Shown here: piece after piece, positions 31,101 through 43,500 of the stretch
Position numbering within the stretch: the first letter of the stretch is position 1
How the letters are laid out: each line of letters opens with the position of its first letter
IMG/VR virus record: IMGVR_UViG_3300042558_005069
Coordinates: 40,100 to 104,099 of that record
DNA length: 64,000 bases
From: a virus
Strand: one strand, 5' to 3'
Program-made: the position numbers and the translations under genes
Notes under the pieces: model-generated
Seen by the model: only the letters and a program-made list of their open reading frames with translations
What the model was told of the DNA's origin: nothing
The model's database searches: none

Positions 31101-32685
31101 TCATATTGACATTTATAGTTGCGTATATCGGCGCTCCACCCCTTCCCCCCCGGAATCCTGTCGAAGCTTCGTCGGTCGAGTTTGGGGTGTATTCTATTTT
31201 TTTGACGAATCTAGCTGCTGCTGGATTTTTAATAAATTGATCCAAAATTGATTCTAAAAAACCACGCTCTGTTTCGTAATATCTGCTCACGTCCGCTTCA
31301 AGCATTGCTTCTTTTTGTTTTGCATCAAGCCTTACCCAGTTGGGTATTTTTGCTAAACGCTCTTCCATTAATTGGCGAACCTGCAGGGGAGTAAGTCTTG
31401 TTGTGTCAAGCTCTATATCCCAGATACCGCGTTCCCGAAGGGCTTCAAAAGTGTTAACCAAGTCTTCGTTTACCAACCGAGAAGATTCAGATGTGTCTAC
31501 CCCTAGATCTCTTTGAAGTTGATTTACGCTAGCGTCCCTCGCGGCAGCAACTCGTTGAGCATTTGCCATTCCGTGCTTGAATAGCCGCATGTTTTCTGGG
31601 AGGTCGATCCCGGACCAGTCAGTACTGGGAATGCGCTCACCGGTGGCCATGTCATAGGAAACTGTTCTTCCTATTCTTGCTCTATCGATATCCTCTAAGG
31701 CGATAATCTCTTGTTGCAACTCAGGAAAGTCACTAAAATCAATTTGAGACCGAGAAGTTGGTCTAGTTTCTGAAGTATAAAGCCACCTGAAGAAACTGGA
31801 AGCTTTATTCCTGAATCCGCCAGTATCTTCCTGCTGTGAATCCGGATATAGATCTTGCGCTTGTCGTGCTGCGTATTTGGCAAATCTTGAACCACTGAAC
31901 CCAAAGCAATTGGATCCAAACATGTCGGTAAACTGATTTGCTGCCGGAGTTCCCGGAGGGCAGCGAAATTTATTTCTTTCATCCATCAGAACGCCAAAGC
32001 GACCTGAAAATCTTCTTATCAAAGACCCACCGGGGATCATACTTCCAAGAGAACGACCAGGAAGTTTTTTGGTCTGGATATCCGGACGCAGAATCTTCAA
32101 AGCGCTTAAAGCTTTTTGTCTTTCCTCAAATGTCATACCAGATATTTGAGCTAACTGATCTACTTTTTTTGCTGATTCGGGTTTTACCTGTCCCGTTTTT
32201 TTATCAACATCATAAATTGTTAACTGAATTGACGGTTTTCGTTTTTCCTCTTCAAGAATTTGTTGAAATGACAACTTGGGGGGATCATCCAACCAGCCCA
32301 TATTTGGCAACGTAGAAATACTGTTTTGCGAAACATTAGAAGGAAACAAAACAAGTCTTTTACCTGGTCCTCCTTTTGATGCTGTTTCAACGCGATGACC
32401 AGGAATTAGTTCTTTTACTCCTGGACGCGAGTCAGCGGTGAACTCTCGCTTTCTGTTGTCAGTATCCTCGTAAGCTTTCTTTCTTACTCCCGGGAACATG
32501 TCTGACAATGCTTTTGTTGCTACTCCAGCGTCTAACTTTTCAGATTTTACGGAAACAAGAACGGAAGATTTAAAAGCTGTTGCCCTTTCATCAATCGATT
32601 GACCGCAGCATTTTTGAGGAGCGACAAGACGCGAAGAGACAATTATTCTTTCTTTTTCAATGCTAATACCCGTCATGGCGGGCAC
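25111..32685 (-). CDS. Giant polyvalent protein B (2524 aa): leader, zincin, degenerate ART, ParB-like, DUF3626-like
   Basis: FRCPPGTPAANQFTD leader; HEFAH (30886-30900); ParB-like PSQSQL...ILDGHHRWAA; LGDIEVVLK...RTAYSVGDSL...IEAMVLGG; FSSG at 28729, 28309 and 26632. Confidence 0.85.
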   Translation of the reverse strand: MPAMTGISIEKERIIVSSRLVAPQKCCGQSIDERATAFKSSVLVSVKSEKLDAGVATKALSDMFPGVRKKAYEDTDNRKREFTADSRPGVKELIPGHRVETASKGGPGKRLVLFPSNVSQNSISTLPNMGWLDDPPKLSFQQILEEEKRKPSIQLTIYDVDKKTGQVKPESAKKVDQLAQISGMTFEERQKALSALKILRPDIQTKKLPGRSLGSMIPGGSLIRRFSGRFGVLMDERNKFRCPPGTPAANQFTDMFGSNCFGFSGSRFAKYAARQAQDLYPDSQQEDTGGFRNKASSFFRWLYTSETRPTSRSQIDFSDFPELQQEIIALEDIDRARIGRTVSYDMATGERIPSTDWSGIDLPENMRLFKHGMANAQRVAAARDASVNQLQRDLGVDTSESSRLVNEDLVNTFEALRERGIWDIELDTTRLTPLQVRQLMEERLAKIPNWVRLDAKQKEAMLEADVSRYYETERGFLESILDQFIKNPAAARFVKKIEYTPNSTDEASTGFRGGRGGAPIYATINVNMNRILSNQELMLPSLRPDQRLGVAAVGAATDAAGQEAVADFLVNSNHFAKRMAGLVGGPKTFAAFIGAHEFAHVYQGLAFLREAERKMQSPEGLDVPVYDRDNKFLGIKTVSSIEEMTGTDLFNLMDKMNDSIDVKDLDNALSKIENVRMLAGIYPDTYAGSERWGLEASAEIWGLREAGLVWGEDVDSALSFIDDAAARPSRVARVDSDVDADAADLASTAGAPSTQAGGVATPVSQMDADQLDEYLVNLASDMEATQEIEREQLKEYISNIANLSENEMIDEAALHSLNVDTIEEFSLKPLREQDILDDPNEDPRLTDLKRQHRDMLMSAWQKRSDINQKKYDDVKKAWRKKYGVGARGELERFDDDVVSARERAGLWTPDQARMAAQQLSLNELTDRAKDMSEDDILSEVVRSTRLFPSIEPGSTQALEIATGIEILKNEHVERSVKNGDKRSRARILRDLEEKIEETISPKPKPSKKFKKAQDVADFATAERARHRRSINKQQAAALREIADFEENPIALMLSPELQVQTGRAINRVTARRIRNNLAVNDSKSGQADLTAQVKNILLPALEAFDRSSASEGFEMEAIMEIAPGKTMGNSIGRIVEQDGFVSGVVSRSNAVIPAVSRADKKNEATLKNRVRVIIRVREGDRGIFPGQQDSGAQNFVMPPGSFRIIGRSDDGSLIVEAARQMDTVEVADRFVQTLTEGYDRGSARIVDDKIWRDGAVRKIRPVIDQAILDMRSSGRVVGPSSDDNSSIGETNSRINGDLADLDGYFGEGILADDGRFSSGAVRDDVLGSRESRQQRTRRRTKQISSDVNELRSVLAGRGSKKYPELSADSISPDVRDMLLSLSTAELQTKLDEIGYRFHSGLDRRVRVRMREADLEEFSRSGKFRSNMSAPGGSQIPGGRRVERLAAMGSSERSARFSSGAIQDSASLLERREIEKKTAAEALTIFDEIINSGKNVDDMTEGELTNLFQGRVKRTDRLAISERIEFVYEADNVQSALALMMAGHHVAVRYEDQTLTKQSQSQFEKLIKEGASAKIEAEHPDWLKFKQEFAKSNPQMDIGNDKDLKEAKRQYIEKWTADLCKLYNPEKNLLCSGHIGILREKMPQLNGRTFGNESLAIKMLVSGQAKGKWAYAGKKLKDITKLLPEQSNTENSEQYLSRLRSEGIDPEIINDYINATRYDRLSKMHPSKGGPQEPLGEEDKAWFYQNTNWQDTEVDLESEFMDFLEDVIKQPDGGNAVRRKEVVPSSYAPSQSQLVASKVDEINEAILSDSLNVVASMEKDGFQRGTPEFREEYIKRIFEEDDNGARKHWWTGAILATNDGFILDGHHRWAAYTVANRTLDEDMQIPLRVNEVQTDIIQGLTLGKVFQDVFGIKEARLGVENPWVKGEVAPATPEEVAMVKANLDETVGERIDELYDSGDFIQLGSVGLKNNPDYAEAARNRQRLAAERRPGPAARARQREIEEALEFESRDSANSFSSGRTTSITSAQRIRKSEAIVDAAISRTNVDKKTKESIKFALGLIDGSSERRLPRESIEQIGAEIARRSGNDIAKLALLEMADRGKINKNDIAEILGSIDYSADQNILPDQAQSIERAFKSALKALKESTDNAASEDIDTGRTGGPSRLAKVRRQMKRGSVSEERDVISGKNVGFAIDGITKEYYSRIGLPEEMSDEMLPVPGYVVHKSHIDAKKNKVKKNGVGNSLANAVFEVGDEDEIGDGLTALGDIEVVLKPQVSNRTAYSVGDSLTSGARPVRLNSTNREDISDAILGSTNKNSPSSNVETMLHMLAADKSNDLSIVNASFDEKSKMLTPDSNTLDATERKQIEAMVLGGFDMSEVEQINFPYSKISEMASSEKIEDVVNPTSIAERLRKAGFSDEEIQYFYSVNREGSLNTDAMRLLREYRTANKIKKDLGAKGFSKVKIAHPTGIDMDDPRSFYKGADSANSIESLLAERILNEITQQAKTMIKTMRDGKTPSLVGKKGGLL

Positions 32686-32690
32686 CTCTA

Positions 32691-34400
<1,710 letters not shown>

Positions 34401-34535
34401 ATGGCTCCTATTGTGTGGGTGAATGACCATCGGGACATTGACCTATAAACTGTGTGGCAAACTATAACGTATCACGTTCCGAGCCTTAAAATTAGCAACA
34501 TTCAATGGCTTTAAGAAAAATAGTTTTTATCTTCC

Positions 34536-37500
34536 TTATTTGTTGATTATTTCTGGCGAGGTTTTTCTTTTTCCCTTACGTCCAGGAGCAGAAGGCTTGT
34601 ACACCGTCGTGCCTTCCCTTAAGCGGGTCTGGGCATTCCTCAACTGCTCACCGCTGAAGATGTCTTCTATTGTGTGGTTTGTGCCAAATATTTTATTAAA
34701 TTGATCAACGAATTCCTGCAATTCGGACCTCGAGAATCTAGGCACGTCGCCTAATCTTTTTGAAAAAGTCTTACCTCTTCTTTTTGCGGCAGCCTGCAGT
34801 ACGGTCCCCATTTCCCTGCTATTGATAATAAATTGCCTACTTTGAACACTGTTAAGGCTTGAACCAGGGAATGACCTATCAATGAATTCTGTTAAAGCTT
34901 CATACACGTTGGCCTTGGATGCCAAAAGCTCCTCATCCAGCTTTTGGCCTGCCTTATTTACGCCGAATACATCGCGAGCATTCGGGATGACCCCAGTTCT
35001 GATCATTTCCGCAATATAGGCAATGGGTACTCCATCTTTTTTCCACTCTTTCACGGCGTCTTCACCAAGTCCAACGTCTACCTTCTTCACGTCGTCTGGA
35101 TCAAGTTCGGCGTCTACCTTCTTCACGTCGTCTGGATCAAGTTCGGCGTCTAAATCCTCTCCAAAAGCTTTTTCCAGGATTGGCTTAAGTTGCTTCGGCC
35201 ATTCATCTTCCGATATGCCGAGATGGTCAAGAAGTTGCGATAAAGTAAAATCTGCTCGCTGAACACGGCTACCCTTGCCTCTGCGGGCGTTGCTGGCAAT
35301 ATCAGGGGGAAGGGCCTCGAAAGCCTCGCCCATAGTTCCTTGATAGCTTAATTCTACCTCTGCCTCTGAGTCGTCCCTTGCGGCAGGAGAATTCTCGAAC
35401 TTGCCTACGGCGTTGAATCGTCTTGCTCCGTCCTCCAGGTCATCAAACTCTTCCGCGGTAAGCATCTTCCCTGACCCATAGATCTCCTCCTCGGCGATCC
35501 CCCCTATAAAGTCTCCCCTGTCGTGCCAGTATGGATAAGCGTCTGCTCCAAATGTTTCGATAATAAAACGATCTCTCATGTTTGCACGGCCGGTATTTTC
35601 GACGAGTCTTTCTATGGCGTTCATGCCTTCTTCTTCGGCTTCCATATCGGATACTGGAGAAAACAATCTCCACCCGCTAAATTCTGGCTGACTACCAATT
35701 TCGGCCAATAGATACCTTACGGTGTCGTGCGTGAGCGCAGCCGTATCGCCCTTAAGCTTTGCTTCTTCCGTAACGTTAAGTCCAAGGAGTTTTGCTAGTT
35801 TCGGGATGGTAAGCGGCTCTGACTGGGTCCAATATACCCCCACTTTGGGAGTAGCCACGTCCACGACCTCCTCCCCTTGTAGCTCCGAAGTTATAGTTCC
35901 TCTGGATATATCTTCTTGCCTGCGCCATCCAGTAGGGATTCTGACGGTGTCAAGTAGTTTGCTTATCGAAAGCATCCATGAATCACCGGAAGGATCATTG
36001 TTTGCAAAATTGTCGGTTGTTTTACCGATCTTAACGACTCTTGATCCGTCGCTTTGCTTTCTTGCTCGCATCCTTTCTCCGACTTTTATGATGTTGTCAT
36101 TAATTTTTTTTGCACGATCATTCTTCGATGTTGAATTTTGATCTGCTGGCATATCTAAGGCAATGCCTGTCTGATTGAAGGCGTTCCAGAATTGCATCGC
36201 ATAACGAGTTACTCTGTCTCTATCTTGAGGGTCAATGCGCACATCTGTACGTATTCCTGCGAGCTCTAGGGCAGATAGGCGCTGCTGCATTCCTGCCCTA
36301 TTCTCAAATCTGCTCACGCGTCTTCCGAACCTGCCCTCTGGAGTTCCAGTTATTTTTGAAGCCCTACTCGAACCTTTTGCTACATCAGGAGCTTCCTCGG
36401 ATGTTTCCGAAGGTTCCGCACCTGAAGAGAATCCAGCATCAAAATCTTCATCAAAATCATCATCATCATCATCTTCAGCCTCGATCGTGCTTATTTCGTC
36501 AAGCTCGTCAAGCACATTGTCAGCGTCGTCCACAGTCAGGTCCTCGTCTGAAATCCCCCGCCCGTCATCTTCTCCCTCTGGAAACTGAGCGGCTGGGTCA
36601 AACATTGGACCATCGATAATTTCGCGTGCTCGTTCTCTCATTATGCGGACGGAAGCATCACGTAACGTTTCTTCCGAAACATTTGCGTCGGCAAATTCAT
36701 CCATCACTTCTTTTCTTCGTTTGATGAACCCTTGTGTTGCTACGTCAGGTACGCCTATTCGTCTCATTTCAGCAATTAATTCATCATCCGGAAGACTCAG
36801 GACGCTTCTTCTTGAAGCGTTAAAATCGGTTAGGTCTTTCCCTTCCGCGGCATACTCTTCTATTTCTCTATACACTTTTGGCAATTTGTCGAGTGATAAT
36901 TCACTCTCTCTGTCAAAATCTTCTGGCAAAATTTTACGTTCGACACCGTCGCGAATGAGGTCTGCAATTTCTTTACGCTTTTGACCTTCGGCAAAGTGCG
37001 CCATCCACATTCTCGGTGATAGTGATATCGCTCTCATAGCCCTAGTTACGACCACGTGTTGAAGATTCATTTCTTCTATCCAGCCCGGAGGTCCCGAACC
37101 GTTGCGCTTAGCTGCTTCAAGAATGTCTACGTTTAAGTCATCGTCAGGATCTGTAAAGTCATCAAGCACCAGAACAAATTTTCCTTCTTTGCCTTTTGCT
37201 GTTGTTCCAGTTTGTATGACGACATCACCACCGCGTTTTTTTGCACTTTTGCGAACAGCATCACCAATGAGGTTTATTATTCTTGTAGCTTCTTCTGGGT
37301 CATCTTTTGCATCTATGACGAATCCGTCATAATCTCTGCCCTTTGCGCGGCTCACCTTCGGGCCAACTCCGAAGCTCAGTCTCGTCCTCGACTGAAGCCC
37401 TAGGCGATCAAGTATCCCTAAAGTGTCGGACAGGTATGCTCCATCGAAGTTCCTTCCGGAAGTATCCGGGTACTTGTTCGGATCTGCATATACCGCCTGA

Positions 37501-40500
37501 GGTCTTCCAGTATCGACTCCGTCACCAGAAAGAATTAATTTTCCAGTCCATTTAAATTGTTTAGTTGCATAAAAAGTTTCACGTGGATCTGTGCCCGTGT
37601 TTGATCTGCCAGCTGTAGCTGTCATAACAAGTTTATTTCGCATTCTTCGAAAAGCGATTTTTTCTAGTTCTTCTACCGTTTCAGCTTCTCCAAACTCAGC
37701 AATTGTCTCAAACTTTGGGGTTCCGTCAGCCTTTGTCCACTTCGATGTGACTCTTAATCTTTCTCCAGGCTGATCTGGTATTTTTTCTACAATAACCTGA
37801 AAGTCATCTGGGTTAATAGCATCTTGGCCGTCTTTGAAATCATATTCAAGTTCAAAATAAACAGCATCCTTGGTTCCTTTTGCATCAGGCTGTACAACAA
37901 ATATTTTTGTTGCGGCGTTAACATCTGATGATTTTGAACTCCTATCTGTACTTGACAGAATCTGACTAAGAGTTTTTTCTTCAAACTCCATCAAGCCTAG
38001 ATCAAGGCTGTCCCTCATTGGCCTGATGCTAGAAGAACGGTGCGACTTTGTCCCATCCGCAAGCACTACTCCGCCACCCCTTAGGGAAACAAGCATCTGG
38101 CTTGCAAACATTGTCTGAGATCCGGCTGGTTGTCCGTCTACTGGTTGAAACAACAATTGATACAATGAATTTCCTGGAGATTTTGATTTTAATTTAAATC
38201 TTTCTCTTATTGTTGCCATATCCCAATAATCTCCGATTAAAGGTGATTTTTCTGGTTTTCTTCCAGGGTTTAAACCGGCTGCAGTTTTTTCAGCCCAGTC
38301 AATATGTTGAAAGAAATCAACAGCTTCTTGCCATGCTGACTGAGTTAACATTATTTGAGGTTTGTCTTTTGAACTTAAAGGCTTAACGAGTTGATCAAAT
38401 TCATTTTGAGTTAGATTCTGGGAATCACGCAGTGTTTCTGGATTGTCGATTCTTCCGCCAAGGAAAACTGCACTTTCAAGGAATAAGTCTTTCCATGTTT
38501 GAACTGCTAAATGGACAGTTTGAACTTTTCCACGCGACAGAGCCATGTCTGGCAAATTACCAAAATAAACTTCTTCTTTTTCATCGACAACTCGAGTGCT
38601 TAAGGCTTTTGCAATTTTAGTTTTTGCGTCGTCTATTTCTTTTCTTAATTCAGTAAGCGCTTTTGCTCTTGCTTTTGGCGTCATTCCTGCAAAGTTTTCA
38701 CCGTTTAAATATGAATCAAAACTAACTCCATAAAGTCGCTTAACAGTATCGTTAACGCTGTTTGCTGCACCAAAATCGCCAGCTTTAACAAATGAAAAAA
38801 TATTTTCTATGTGTCGTTTAGCTGCCGTGTCAGCAGCCCCTTCAACGTATTTCCACTGCTCTGCAGTTAACGGTTTGCCTTCATCCAAGAGATCCTGAAG
38901 TAACTTATTTTCCCGACCAAGAATGAGCGTCGCCATGTACCCGAGAAGACTACCAAAGCGAAATGACTGTGTTAATTTCGGCACAAAATCGGGAGAAATT
39001 GACTGCATTATATTCTTTGAACCGTTGAAGCCAAGTATCTGCTGTCTGTCGTCGCCGACTGCTATTGTAGAAACTCTTTCTTTATTTCTGTTTAGTAATT
39101 CTTCCCAAACTTCATTAAGGTCTTGTGCTTCGTCGATCGCAAAAAGAGATATAGGTTTTTCTTTTGATGCGTATTGTTTTTTCAATTTGCCACGACTTCC
39201 ATCGATAGAGACCACAACCCATGGTTCTCCTTCCGATTTGTCCCATTGACGTATAGACGAAATTCTTCCAGTTTGCGGATCTATTACTTCATCATAAAAT
39301 TTATTATTTTTTCCATAATAGACAACATCGCCCCTGCGTATATTAAATTGTGCAGGTATTTTTTCATTCGCTAGGCTGTCTTTGCTTCCGTGCCCAAGAG
39401 CACCAGGATTTGTTGATAGATCCGGATCGGCGAGCAGTAGCAGTTTTGGCAACTGCCCCTGAGTTGGGAGCAACATGCCGTTTCCATCAACCAATTCATC
39501 TGCGGCTTTTTTGACATATGAAAGCCATTCATCCATCAGTTTATCTGGAACGTTTTGAAGTTGTTCATCGATTGCTTGTGTTTTTTTCTGTGCCTTTTTA
39601 GTTGAGAATCTGCCGGTCATCGTGTCAGTTTGCTCGCGGAAGCTTAGATTAAAAACATCTTTTGTGACTTCCGGGTTTGAAGACAATGACCACCTTCTGA
39701 ATGCCATTGCAAGGTATTCGCCAAAAAAGTCTACTTCGATCCAATTATTCCCGTCAGGCATGGTAAAAGGGACATCATACACTTCAATATTTTTAGTTTT
39801 TGCCTTTTTGCCTTTTCCTCTTGTAACGCTTATTGTTCTTCTGGGAAGACTCACACCAGCTTTTTCGAGAAATGCAAGCATGTCCTTGCCAGTTTCCACG
39901 GTTGAATAGCCAAGATCTTTGTAGTTAGGCCTGTATCCAATGAATTGCATACTCTCTGAGTCATGCTGTCTTCTTGCTTGGTCATAACCATCCACAGTTA
40001 TGGGTTGGTTTCTATTTTTAAACGATCTTCTTCTTGCATAGTCAGTTAGTAGTTCTATTTTTCTTCTCATCGACGGCGCATTTAATATTCTATTTTCCGG
40101 GCTGTCATTTTCTGCGATTCCTTGACGCAAGGACCAGTAAGCAAGCTGAGTAGTCGTTCCTATTCCTGTGTTCCCAGGAAATGATTCAGCTGCTTCTAGG
40201 CGGTTTTCTTTACCGAAAACCGTGTAGTAGATTGTCGGTTTATTATCTTCCGTTACTCCACGAGATTCTCCCAATTCCCTGATTGCTTGGATTAGGGTTT
40301 TTTCATCTGTGCTCTCTGGCCAAAAAACATCAACGTCTTCAAAACCTTTTGCTGGGTACTTAGCTGCAAGATAATTTGCTTTTTTTAGTAGCTGTTGCTT
40401 TCTAGTAACAGCATCTCCGGCAAATCTTTGTAGAATGTCATCAACGCTAAATTCAGCATTGATTGCTGCTGCGAGCATCTTCATTGTGGTTGTTTTACCG

Positions 40501-43500
40501 GAACCCGCTGCCGCATCAACTCCGATAACTAATTTTTCTTGACCGTATACAGCTGCTAATCCAAGATCAATAATGTCTCGCTGTTCATCCGTAGGAGGAA
40601 CAAGAAGATTAAGAAGAGACTTAACGTCTGTTGAAGCAGGAGTTCTTCTTACGGGTCTTTTTTTCGATCCACTACGAGCATTTATTGGATTTCCGCCACT
40701 GGCGAATCTTCCGTCGAGCGTAAGCGCCCTGCCCTGAGAGTCGGACACAGAGGCAATATCGCCATACATACGCTCTTCTTTTGACTGAGAGCCATATTTT
40801 CTTCTGTCTTTTGAAGAAGAAAGGTCTGAAGTGTCAGTAACGTCGTCCTCTTTGTCGAGGAAGGGAATTCCACTGGAGAAACGTTTGTCGATGTTGTCCG
40901 CTCTATCAATAAGGTCAATGTCTCCCATTGGGCCGCTGATTGGTCTGCTTGTTGGTACTTTTGGTGAATCCTCATACCCTTCTAACATTGAAAGCGGAAC
41001 GGTGTCTCTTGATGACTTTTTAGCTTTTCTTTCGTTATCCTCCATGCCCGATAGACGCCGCAATGTTTTGGATCTATTTAGCATCCAGTCAACGGCTTGC
41101 TGCGCTTGACCCATGGCAGTCTTGATAGCGTTTGGATCGTTTCTAATCTTTTCTGCCCAGAATTTTAGATATCCTATGTGATCTTCTCTAACCATGGGCG
41201 AAATGCCAAGCATTCCCAGCAAAAAGGAAGACCCAACTTCTGCTATGAGCTCCTCAAACGCGTACGCCGGTGACCCATATTTTGCAACTTGAGGTCTATT
41301 GTTCCGGCTTGGATGCCCAGTCCAGTGCGTCATTTCGTGCAATAGGGTTGAGTAATAACTTTCCGCATCATTAAACGTTTCGAACGGCGGCATATTTATG
41401 AAGTCGCCGTTTGGAGAGAAAAATGGCCCGCCAACATTTGACTCTCTTAATCTTGGATTTAATTCTTTAACTATCGCTTCTGCATTTTTAACACGAGCTT
41501 TTGGACTCAGGTTTTCCAGGTCGATTTCTGGCTTATACATTTCAGGAGGCAGACCATCAATATCCGCTACGTTATAGACTTCTTCAACTTTGTACTGACG
41601 TGGATCTGATCCAAGTATCGGAACTAAGATATTTACAGGACGAGCATTCGGCGATGCTTTCCCTTTAAATTTTTTCCATTGACTTATCCCTGCCCATTTA
41701 TTGGTTTCGTAACCACGTGATACCGCTATGGAGTTTAACAACATACGGTTGGTCCCCTGGTAGGACCAGCTTTTTTGACCTTGGTTCTTCTTTGTTGGGT
41801 TTCGGGGGTTGTGCTCCCCTTCTCTCCATGGCATATTCCATTTGAATTTTTCTGGATTATTTACAGCTTCTTGAAGCATTTCAAGAATTTGTTTGCCAAT
41901 TTGAGCGTAGTATTCATCGATTACGGCTCTGCCCTCAGCTGTTGCCGTATCTACTATGTCGCCAGGCTTTAGAGAATTATTACCGTCTCCTCCTGAAGAA
42001 AACTTTCCAGTAGAAGAAACTTGGTTAAAAAAGCCATCGAACTTAAACCGCTCATCTATGGTTTTGTCGCTTTCGCGTTTTCTTAGAAAATCCAAATAGT
42101 TTTTGTTTTTTGCCTGAGCCTGCTTCCTGGCCGCAGACATAGATCTACTTATCTCTTTTTTTGGTTTTGCTGTTACTATTTCCCGCGAACCACTGCCTAG
42201 CGGCCGAGCTTCTGTTCCCGCTACCGAGGAGCGCTCTGGGGCTTCAATTTTACCGGGGACTTTTGGATTATTGATTGAGCCTGGACCGTCTGGTGTTGGG
42301 TCGGGCTGCTCAAGAGAAGTACCACGAAGGAATATACCTTCGCCCACAATCCCATTGAGGTTGCGGTCAATAGCTGTCCTTGGATCAAAATTCTCAGCAT
42401 TTGGGGTCGAGAAAAATCTACCTGCAGATCTTGCTCCCCCGATGCCGGGTTTATTATTGGCTCTACTTCCTATGGCTCTTCCGAGCCTGTAGGCGGATAC
42501 CTTAAATTCTAGATCGTCACTGATTAAACTTTTTTTTTTTAAATTATCTAAAGCTGTATCGATAGCGTCAATCAACTCATAAGAAACACCATTTGTTATT
42601 ACTATTCCTTCTGGGTCAACATACGTATCTACCTTATGGTAGTCAAATACTGGATCTAACGCTTGCTTTACGTGAAAAGCATAATCTGTGGATACTGGCA
42701 GGAAATACGGCTTTTCTGGTTCAAAAGAATCTTCAAACGTACCGAACTCGGCTAGATGTTTGAATTTCCGCTTTTTTCTTCTTTTTCTTTTTACTATTCC
42801 ACGCAGTCCGGCAATAAACAGCTCTCCTGGATACTTGAACTCAAAGTCAGCAATATATTCGTTTTCGTTATCCTCTGTCTCGAATTCGTATTCTTTTTTG
42901 GCCATAAAGTCGCCTTTTACAACACCTGGTGGGATTATGGCAAAGCGACACTTCCCTTCAGGCTCTATTGCCATGTCGATAATCTGGCAGCTGTTGTCCT
43001 TGTTATAAAAAACGCAGTTTGAGCATTTAACCCCAATTCCAGCAACTGGATTTTGTGCAGCTGGTTTGTAGCCTGCCCAAATTCCATCAGAATCTTCGTT
43101 TATTTTTCCGTGACGCTTTACGATCTTTAGTAGTGCGTCTCTGAGGTCTGACTCTTCTTGATCCAGGTCATCGGCACTAATTGGCTTGCGGCTCTGCCCT
43201 TCGTACTGCACTGCTGGTAGGGGTACCACCGTCATTCCGTTTGGCCCTGGCTTTATGGCAATGGGAATCGATGGCATCTGGCTCGGACGAACAACCCTCT
43301 GAGGATCTACCGGAGGCAACCCGCCAACAGGCATAACTGGAGGTGAAGTTTGAGGCTTAGCAACGATCACTATTCTTTCTGGAGCGCCAAACATAAAGCG
43401 GCCATTGCCACCTCTGGAAAAATGACATTTATACTTTTCCATTGAATTTGACTGGTCTGTTCTGTTGAAGGAGACCATTCCGTTGTCTTCGTCAACTTCC

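Noticed and set aside
35075-35152. 36-nt repeat as a CRISPR array
   Set aside because: The copies are directly adjacent with no spacer and lie in frame within a CDS.
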